A stretch of DNA of 64,000 bases from NCBI RefSeq assembly GCF_009914755.1, contig NC_060947.1. One strand, given 5' to 3'. Positions 49,803 to 64,000 of the stretch are shown here, in pieces. How positions within the stretch are numbered: the first letter of the stretch is position 1; the number at the start of each line of letters is the position of its first letter. The position numbers and the translations under genes were made by a program. The notes below the pieces were generated by a model. That model ran no database searches and was not told the origin of the DNA. It saw only the letters and a program-made list of their open reading frames with translations. Source of the DNA: the human T2T-CHM13v2.0 reference genome, Homo sapiens.

Positions 49803-52800
49803 TATTTTTTATTTTTAATTTCTGTACATAGCAGGTATATATATTTATGTGGTACATGAGATATTTTGGTACAGATAGCTAATGCATAATAATCACATCA
49901 TGGAAAATCAGTATTCACCCCATCAAGCATTTATCCTTTGTGTTACAAACAATCTAATTATACTCTTTTTAGTTATTTTAAAATGTACAATTAGGTTATT
50001 ATTGACTCTAGTTCCCCCATTGTTATGCTATCAAATACTAGAAGTTACTCATTCTAACTATTTTTTGGTACCCATTAACCATCCCCACCTTTTCCCTATT
50101 AACGACTACAATTTGAGGCTCTGGTATCCATTCTTCTATACTCTATCTCCATTAGTTCAATGACTAATGACTGCCAGTTCCATCCATGTTGTTGCAAATG
50201 ACAGGATCTCATTATTTTTTATGACTGAATAATACCTCATTGTGTATATGTACATTTTCTTTATCCATTTATCAGTTGAGGGACACTTAGGTTGCTTCCA
50301 AATCTTGGCTATTGTGAACAGTGCTGCAACAAACATGAGGGTGCAGATGTCTCTTTGATATACTGATTTCTTGTCTTTTGGGCATATACCCAGCAATGGG
50401 ATTGCTGGATTGTATGGTAGCTCTATTTTTAGATTTTGGAGGAACCTCCAAACTGTTCTCCATAGTTGTTGTACTAATTTACATTCCCGCCAACAATGTA
50501 TAAAGGTTCCCTTTTCTCCACACCCTCACTAGCATCTGTTATTGTCTGTCTTTTGGATATAAGCCATTTTAAGTGGGGCGAGAGGAGAATGTTGTTTAGA
50601 TTTGCATTTATCTGATGAGCAATGATGCTGAGCCCTTTTTCATATTCCTGTTTGCATTTGTATGCCTTCTTTTGAGAAATGTCTTCAAGTCTTTTGCCCA
50701 TTTTTAAATCAGATTTTTATATTTTCTTCTATAGAGTTGTTTGAGCTCCTTATTTATTCTGATTATCAATTCCTTGTCAGATGAGTAGTTTGCAAATATT
50801 TTCTTCCATTCTGTGGGTTGTCTCTTCACTTTGTTGATTGTATTCTTTGCTGTGCAGTAGCTCTTTAACTTGATGTGATCCCAGTTTTCCATTTTTGCTT
50901 TGGTTGCCTGTGCTTGCAAGGTAATTCTCAAGAAATTTTTGCCCAGACCAATGTCCTGGAGAGTTCTCCCAATGTTTTCTTGTAGTAGTTTCATAAGTTT
51001 AGTCTTAGATTTAAGTATTTAATCCATTTGGATTTGGTTTTGTATAAGGTGAGAGATGGGTTCTAGGTTCATTCTTCTGCTTATGTATATCCACTATTCC
51101 CCTCAGCATTTATTGAAGAGACTTCCTTTTCCCCAATGTATGTTCTTGGCACTTTTACAGAAAGTGAGTTCACTGTAGGTATGTGGATTTGTTTCTGGGT
51201 TCTCTATTCTGTTCCATTGGCCTATGTGTATATTCTTATGCGAGTACCATGCTGTTTTGATTACCATAGCTCTGTAATATAATTTGAAGTCAGGTAATAT
51301 AATTCCTCCAGTTTTCTTCTTTTTGCTCAAAATAGATTGGGCTACTTTGGGTCTTTTGTGGTTCTATATAAATTTTAGAATTGCTTTTTTTTATTTCTGT
51401 GAAGAATATCACTGGTATTTTGATACGGATTGCATTGAATCTGTAGATTGCTTTGGGTAGTATGAACATTTTGACAACATTGATTCTTCCAATCCATAAA
51501 CATAGAATATCTTTCCATTTTTTGTGCGTACTCTTCAATTTCTTTCATCAGTGTTTTACAACTTTCATTGTAGAGATCTTTAACTTCTTTGGTTAAGTTA
51601 ATTTCTAGGTATTTAAATTTTTGTGTGGCTATTGTAAATGGGATTACTTTTTGATTTTTTTCAGATTGTTTGCTGTTGGAATATAGTAATGCCATTGAGT
51701 TTTGTATGTTGATTTTGTATCCTGCAATGTTACTGAATGTGTTTTATCAGTTCCAATAGGTTTCTTATGGAGTCTTTAGGTTTTTCCAAATATAAGATCA
51801 TATCATCTGCAAACAGGGATAATTTAACTTCTTCCTTTCCAATTTGGAGGTCCTTTATTTCTTTCTCTTGTCTGATTGCTCTAGCTAGGACTTCCAATAC
51901 TATGTTGAATAACAGTGGCAAAAATAAGCATCCTTGTCATGTTCTGATCTTAGAGGAAAAGCTTTCAACTTTTCCCCATTCACTATAATACTAGCTGTGG
52001 GTCTGTCATCTATGGCTTTTATTATGTTGAAGTATGTTCCATCTATATACCTAGGTTTTTTTAGGGTTTTTCTTTATCATGAAGGGATGTTGAATTTATC
52101 AAATCTTTATTAAGCGTTTATTTTAATGATCATATGGTTTTTGTCCTTCATTCTGTTGCTGTATCACATTGATTGACTTGCATATGGTGAACCATTCTTG
52201 CATTCCTGGGATAAATCCCACTTGGTCATGATAAATGATCTTCTCAGTGTGTTGTGCAACTTGGTTTGCTAGTATTTTGTTGAAGAATTTGCATCAATAT
52301 TCATCAGGGATGTTAGCCTATAGTTTTCTTTTATTGATGCATATTTGTCTAGTTTTGATATCAGAGTAACACTGGCATCATAGAATGAGTTTAGAAGTAT
52401 TCCCTCTTTATTTTTTAAAATAGTTTGAGTAGGATTGGTATTAGTTCTTTGAATGTTTGGTAGAATTCAGCAGTGAAGCCAATGGGTCCCAAACTTTTCT
52501 TTACTGGGAGACTTTTTATTACAGATTCTTCTAGTTACTTGTTATTGGTCTGTTCAGGTTTTGGATTTCTTCATGATTCAATCTTGGTAGGTTGTATATA
52601 TCTAGGAATTTATCCATTTATTCTAAATTTTCCAATTTATTGGCATATAGTTGCTCATAGTAGCTGCTAGTGATCCTTTGAATTTCTGTGGTATCAGTTG
52701 CTATGTCTTTGTGTTTCATCTCTGATTTTATTTATTTGGGCCTCTCTCTTTTTTCTTATTTAGTCTGGCTAAAAGTTTGTGAATTTTGTTTACCTTTTTT

Positions 52801-55800
52801 GAAAACCAACTTTTGTTTCATTGACCTTTTGTATTGTTTTGTTCATTTCAGATTAATTTATTTCTGTTCTGATCTTTATTATTTCTTTTTACTATTTTTT
52901 TTTTGCTATTTATTTTTACTTTATTATTTCTTTTTATCTATTTACTAATTTTGGGATCGGTTTGTTCTTGGCTTTCTAGCTCTTTAAGATGCATCTTTAG
53001 GTTGTTTTTTTGAAGCTTTTCTTCTTTTTTGTTGTAGGGACTTATAGCTATAAATTTTTCTCTAGTACTGCTTTTGCTGTATCCCTTAGGTTTTGGTATG
53101 TTGTGTTTCCATTATCATTTCTTTCAAAAACTTTTTGAATTTTCTTCTTAATTTCATCATTGACCAACTGATCATTCAGGAGCATATCATTTAATTTCTG
53201 TATGTTTATATAGTTTCCAAAATTTCTCTTGTTATTTATTTATAGTTTTATTCCATTGTGATGCTTGATATTATTTCAAGTTTTTGCATGTTTTAAGATT
53301 TGTTTTGTTACCTAACATATGATCTATCATTGTGAATGATTTATGTTTTGAGGAGAAAAATGTGCATCCTGCAGTTGTTGGATGAAATGTTCTATAAATA
53401 TCCATTAGGTTCATTTGTTCTATAGAGCATAATTAGTCCATGTTTCTTTGTTGATTTTCTGTCTGGGAGATTTGTCCAATGCTTAAAGTGGGGTATTGAA
53501 GCCTTCAGCTATTATTGTATTGGGGTCTATCTCTCTTTAGCTCTAATAATATTTGCTTTGTATATCTGGGTGCCCCAATATCAGGTACATATGTATTTAC
53601 AATCATGTTCTCTTGCTGAATTGGCCCCATAATCATTATATGATGACCTTTGTCTCTTCTTACAATTTTTGTTGTGAGGTCTACTTTGTCTGATATATGT
53701 ATAGCTACTTCTGCTCTTTTTGGTTTCATTGGCATGGAATATCATTTTCCATTTCTTTGTTTTCAGTCTATATGTATCTTTATAGGTGAAGTGTGTTTAT
53801 TGTAGGCAACAGATCATTGGGTCTTGTTTTTTAATTTATGCAGCCATTCTGTTTTTTAATTGGAGAGTTTAGTCTATTTACATTCAATGTCCTTATTAAT
53901 AAGTAGAGACTTACACCTGCCATTTTGTTATTTGTTTTCTGGTTGTTTTGTGATCTCTTCCTTCTTTCATTCCTTCCTGTCTTGAAAAGGTGATTTTCTC
54001 TGGTGGTATAATTTAATTTCTTGTTTTTTATTTTTTGTGTCTGTTATATGTTTTTCAATTTGAGGTTACCATGAGGCCTGCAGATACTATCTTATATCCC
54101 ATGATTTTAAACTGCTGACAATTTAACTCTGATTGCATAAACAAACATACATGCAGAAAGAAAACTAATACAAACTCTACACTTTAACTTCATCCCCTTG
54201 CTTTTTAATTTTTTGTTGTTTCCCTTTATGTCTTACTGTACTGTCTGTGTCTTGAAAAGTTGTTTTGGTTATTATTTTTGATTGGTTCATCATTTAATCT
54301 TTCTTTTTTTAATTTTACTTTAAGTTCTGGGATACACATGTAGAACGTGCAGGTTTGATACATAGGTATACATGTGCCATGGTGGTTTGCTGCACCTATC
54401 AACCCGTCATTATTTATTCTTTCTATGTAAGTTAAGAGAAGCTTACACACCACTTACAGTGTTGTACTATTCTGTATTTTTCTGTGTGCATACTATTACC
54501 AGTGAGTTTTGTACCTTTAAATAATTTCTCATTAATGCCCATTAATGTCTTTTTCTTTCAGATTGAGGTACTCCCTTTAGCATTTTTTGTAGGACAGGTC
54601 TGGAGTTGATTAAATCTCTCAGCTTTTGTTTGTCTGGGAATGTATTTCTCCTTCATGCTTTAAGGATATTTTCACTGGATATACTATTCTAGGGTAAAAG
54701 GTTTATTGTTTCAACACTTATATCATGCCACTCCCTCCTTGCCTGTAAGGTTTCCACTGAAAAGTCTGCTGCCAGACATATTGAAGCTCTATCATATGAT
54801 ATTTCTTTTCTCTTGCTGCATTTAGGCTCCTTTCTTTATCCTTGACCTTTGAGAGTTTGATTGTTAAATGCCTTGAGGTAGTCTTTGGGTTAAATCTGCT
54901 TAGTGTTGTATAAGCTTCTTGTGCTTGAATGTTATCTTTCTCTAGGTTTGGGACATTCTGTCATATAATGTCTTTGAAAAAAACTTCCTACTCATAGCTC
55001 TTTCCCTACCTTCTCTTTAAGGCCAATAACTCTTAGATTTGCCCTTTTGAGACTATTTTCCAGATCTGTAGGCATACTTCATTTTTTTATTCTTTTTTAT
55101 TTTGTCTCCTCTGACTTTGTATTTTCAAATAGCCTGTCTTCAAGCTCACTAATTCTTTCTTCTGCTTCATCAATTCTGCTATGAAGAGACTCTGATGCAT
55201 TCTTCAGCATGTCAGTTGCATTTTTAACTCTAGAATTTTTGCTTGATTCTTTTTAAGTTTTTAAATCTTTGTGTTAAATTTATCTGATAGAATTCTGAAG
55301 TTCTTCTTTATGTTTTTTTGAATTTCTTTGAGTTTCCTTAAAACAGCTATTTTGAATTCTCTGTCTGAAAGGCCAGATATCTGTTTCTCCAGGATTGATC
55401 CCTGATGCCTTATTTACTTCATTTGATGAGATTATGTTTTCTTTTCCTGGATGGTGTTGATGCTTGTAGATGTTCTTCAGTGTCTGAGTGTTGAAGTGTT
55501 AGGCATTCATTGTAGTCTTCAAAATACGGGCTTGTTTCTGTCTGTCCTTCTTAGGAAGACTTTCCAGGTATTCAAAGGGATTTGGACCCCAAGTCCAATA
55601 ATGCTTTCACTTTTGCAGACTCATAGAGGTACCACCGTGGTGGTCTTAGATAAGATCTGGAAGAATTATCTGTACTACCAGGCAGAGACTCATTCTTTTT
55701 CCTTACTTTCTCCCAAACATATGGCATCTCTTTTTCTCTGTGTTGAGCCACCTGGAACTGGGAGTGTGGTGATGCAAGCATCCCTGTGGCCACCACTAGA

Positions 55801-57352
55801 GGAACTGTGCTGGGTCAGACCTGAAGCCAGAACAGCACTGGGCCTTACCCAAGGCCCTTCCCTTCAGTGTGGCAAGTTTTTTCAGGCCCCAGGCATGTCT
55901 AGAGATGCTGTTTGGGAACCAGGGATTGGAGTCAAAAAATGTAGCAATTTACCTGATGTTCTATTCTACTGTGGCTAAGATGGCACTCAAACCACAATAC
56001 AAAGTACTTCCTGCTCTTCCCCCAACTTTTCCCAAGCAGAGGAGCCTCTCTCTGTGGCCACCAACACCACCAGTCCACGGGGGATTCTGCCAGCCCACCA
56101 CCAATGTTTGCGTAAAGCCTAAGGACTTCCATCAGCTTATGGTGAATGCTGCCATTCCTGGGACTCATCTTTCAGGGCAGTGAACTCCTCTCTGGCCCAG
56201 AGCAGGTCCAGAAATGCTGTCTAAGAGCCTAGGCCAGTACTTAGGGACTCCAACAGTGTGATTGTTGCTCTACCCTCACTGTGGCTGAGCTAGTACCTGG
56301 GGTGCAAGACAAAGTCCCCTTTACTTTTTCCTCTGCTTTTCTCAAACAGAAGGAGTCTTTCACTATAGCCACCACAGCTGGGAATGTGCTGGGTCTCCCC
56401 TGAAGTCAGCATATCTCAGAGCCCAAGGTCCATGGCATACTTCCTGGGTATCACTGGTGGTTGTTCGTGGCCCAAGGGCTTTTTAGTCAGCAGGTGATAA
56501 ATCCTGCCAGGACTGGGTCCTTCCCTTCAAGACAGCAGATTTCCTTTTGGCTCAGGGTGTGTCTAGAAATGTTGTCTGGGAGGTAGGGCCTGGAATGGGT
56601 GCCTCACAACTCTGCCTGGTGCCTTATCTTGATGTAGCTGAGCTAGTATCTAAGTTGCAAGACAAAGTCCTCTTTACTCTTCCCTCTCATCTTCAAATGG
56701 AAGGAAGGAGTCTCTTTCTGAGTTGTGAGCTGCACTGCCTGTGATTGGATGAGAAGTAGTGCAAGAACTCCCCCAGCTGCCCCAGCTGGTGTCTCACTAG
56801 ATTGTGTGCCCCCTAAGTCCACTGGCTCTGAGCCCAGTTCAGCACTAGAACTCGCCTAGGAGTTACAGTCCTCATGTCCTTTCAAGGACCCTATTGCACT
56901 TCAGCCAGTGGTGGCAAGGCTTGACAAGAAACCCAAGTTCCAATTGCTGGGATACATGATACTGCTCTAGCTAAGGCTGGTCCAAATGTTCCCTCCATGC
57001 ACAGGTGCTGGCTGAGCCCAGCATGTCTTTATTCTCCATTGTGACAGGGCAGCACTGAGTTTAATGTAAATTCCCCCAGTCGCTGTGCTTGCCCTCCCCA
57101 AAGTGCAAAGATTCTCTCACTGTGACACATGGCCACTGCCAGGGGATGGAGGAGGGGTGGCATCAATGATTCAAGACTGTCTCTCTTGCCCTCCTCAATG
57201 CCTCTTTCCATAATAAGAAGTTAAAACCAGGTACCGTGATTGCTCATCTGATTTTTGGTTCTTGTGATGGTGCTTTTCTGTGTGAAGATAATTGTTAAAA
57301 TTTGGTGTTCCAGCAGGGGGGATGAACAGTGTAGGCTTCTATTCCACAATCT
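49803..57352 (-). mobile_element. Near full-length L1MA1-3-type LINE-1 (about 7.5 kb), decayed
   Basis: L1MA 3'UTR at 49803; successive ORF2 fragments ([11 protein letters not shown] etc.); ORF1 at about 54550-55400; long 5'UTR to about 57350. Confidence 0.9.
54304..54411 (-). mobile_element. Short L1PA 3' tail nested in L1MA
   Basis: ttttactttaagttctgggatacacatg...; flanks atttaatctttc / atttattctttc. Confidence 0.85.
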
Positions 57353-58047
57353 TTCTTGCCCCTGCTTTAATCTTTTTCTCTGAATTCTTCATATTAGATA
57401 ATTTCTATCACTCTGTCTTTAGGTTCACTGATTCCTTCCTTTGCCATCCCAAAGATGTTGTGGAACCCATTTACAGCAGTTTTTCTTTTGGGAATCATAC
57501 TCTTCAACCCTATACTTTTTATTTTGTTCTTTATGTTTTATTTCCTTATTGATATTTTCTATCTGTTGGATCATTGTCATTTAGTTTCATCTAGTTCTTT
57601 AAAGATTGCTTCCTTCAATTCTTTGAAGTCACTGTCTGCTAAATCCAACATACAGTTTCTGCTTTAACTCCTGATTATGGGCTTCATTTTGCTGTTTTCC
57701 CACACATCTCTTAATTTTTCTTGAAACCTAACTTTTTTAGGTAATATATTTCATCAACTTAATTCTGGCTCTTTCCCTCAATGTTATGTTTTCTTTTTAC
57801 TTTTTTGTTTTTCTTTTTGTATTTTAATAATTTGCCTGGCCTTAATCTGCAGAATCTGTCTTCCCCGTGCTGTGTACCCACTGATGTCTCTGTTCATTTT
57901 TTTAATCATAACTTTTTTTTAATCCTGGTTTTCTATGAATTGCCCCTGTGATTGCACAGCTCAGTGGTCAGCAAATGATTCGACAAAATATGTGTTCAAA
58001 TAACTGTAGTCCATAAGTCTTCCACTCTCTTTCAATGTACGTTTTTA

Positions 58048-58378
<331 letters not shown>

Positions 58379-58600
58379 TCATCAACTTTTATTTTTTTGC
58401 TGGGCCTTCTCAGATTTACCCTGTCTATGCTTGTTATCTTCCCAATCAGCCAAGGATGTATGGAGAGCTTAAGTAGCCCGTCTATAGCTCTCACATTATA
58501 AGAATATTCCCATTACATTTCTAGTTTACTTGCTACTCACCTCAACAAGGACTACAACATCAGGCTAGCTAAGCTGTAGGTCATCCCTCTTGTTTACTAC

Positions 58601-59105
58601 CTTTTTAAAAATACTTTAAGTTCTGGGATACACGTGCAGAACATGCAGGTTTGTTACATAGGTATACACATGCCATGGTGGTTTGCTGCACCCATCAACC
58701 TGTCATCTAGGTTTTAAGCCCCACATGCATTAGGTATTTGTCCTAATGCTCTCCCTCCTCTTGCCCCCCACCCCCTGACAGGCCCCGGTGTGTGATCTTC
58801 CCCTCCCTGTGTCCACATGTTCTCATTGTTCAACTCCCACTTTTGAGTGAGAACATGTGGTGTTTGGTTTTCTGTTCCTGTGTCAGTTTACTGAGAATGA
58901 CGGCTTCCAGCTTCATCCATGTCCCTGGAAAGGATATGAACTCATCCTTTTTTATGGCTGCAGGGTATTCCATGGTTATAAGTGCCACATTTTCTTTATC
59001 CAGTCTATCATTGATGGGCATTTGGGTCGGTTCCAAGTCTTTGCTATTGTAAATAGTGCTTCAATAAACATATGTGTGCATGTGTCTTTATAGTAGAATG
59101 ATTTT
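58601..59105 (-). mobile_element. L1PA8-10-age 3' end
   Basis: atactttaagttctggga...ttttaagccccacatgcattaggtatttgtcc; C-terminal ORF2 fragment. Confidence 0.88.
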
Positions 59106-59419
59106 ATTGGCAAACTGCTGAGTGTAGGTCCTGCCCTATGCTCCAAGTCAAGCCAGCATCTTCTGTCAGTGAAACTTTGGTTTTCCCAGCCAGAATATCA
59201 TAGTAAAACTACCATGCTGATTGAGCTGAATGGGAGTGGCCTCAAGCAAGAAAGCTGCAGACTCCCACTGTTTTTACTGGAATTTATAGCAGATTTTCAT
59301 AAATAATTGCTTCTCTATTTTTTGTTTTCCTTTTTTCAATTTCCAGAGCCCTGTAATGTCCAGTTAATACTTGTTTTGTCAGGAGAGGATTTGCTGAAGG
59401 CTTCACTCTGCCACAACTG

Positions 59420-60095
59420 AAAGTCTTATGATCTAAAAAGTTTTTAAATACGATTTGATAAAAATTCATTTGGGAGTATAAATGTGTAAGAATATCCAAG
59501 AAAAATCTTGACAAAAAAAGATTGTGTTCAGAAAAATACCACCCTCCCAGATAGCACTGTGCCCCATAACTATGTATAATTTTTGTGTTAATTATAAATA
59601 AAATAAAACTTTAAAAATTATAAAACTACAATAGCAGAAAACATATGAGCCTGACACAGACATAAACAAATTAATCAAATAAAATAGTTTCTAGAAACAT
59701 ACCTGTATGCCTGTGGGAATTTAATATGCAATAAATATGGCATATAAAATCAATGAGACAAAAGGGTGTTTGAACAATTAACCGGGCATTTCGAATACAA
59801 AATAAAGACACACCACAGATACAAATATAATCATATTAATAAATATGACATTTCAAATCAATGGATAAAAGTGTTTGAACAATTGGCTATTTATTTAGAA
59901 ATTTTATAAAGATACCAAAGAGAAACAAACACACTCTGATGTATTAAATATTTAAATGTAAAGTATAAGATCATTTAAAAAATAAATTGAGATAGGAAAG
60001 GCTTTCTGAAGCCAAACGCAAAATCTGGAAACCATATAGGAAAATATTGACAGATATAAAAATGAAACATGATAGGTAAGTTATAAAATAAGCAA
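59420..60095 (+). mobile_element. Ancient L1ME ORF2 fragments
   Basis: aaaattcatttgg...aataaatatggcat...aaatcaatg; very degenerate. Confidence 0.5.
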
Positions 60096-60097
60096 TG

Positions 60098-64000
<3,903 letters not shown>

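Noticed and set aside
55451-56183. 175-aa and 104-aa plus-strand ORFs
   Set aside because: Antisense frames of the L1MA 5'UTR; the homologous region at 61-62 kb does not keep one continuous frame

Overview
This is human genomic DNA: it carries an L1HS-Ta element, and that subfamily is human-specific. The window is AT-rich and mostly nested interspersed repeats: L1 of many ages, L2, CR1/L3, MIR, Alu, MaLR/ERVL LTRs, Tigger1, MER1A, MER5A and MER75. I recognised no intact host gene, tRNA, rRNA or CRISPR array. Almost all listed ORFs are L1/Alu/Tigger debris. Main observations: (1) a 5'-truncated L1HS Ta-1 on the minus strand whose 16-bp TSD also encloses a 625-bp 3' transduction with its own ATTAAA signal and second poly(A); (2) the truncation fused the uninterrupted C-terminal 999 aa of ORF2 in frame to flank ATGs in strong Kozak context, just downstream of a candidate splice acceptor, giving a possible endonuclease-less RT ORF; (3) non-repetitive islands at about 10-20 kb and 38 kb hold minus-strand, phase-compatible exon-like segments with stops and degenerate splice sites, suggesting a decayed multi-exon gene (inference only); (4) three 5'-inverted (twin-primed) L1s of different ages; (5) a near-identical inverted MIR copy inside a younger MLT2 LTR. 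Subfamily names and old-repeat boundaries are by-eye estimates from remembered consensus sequences.
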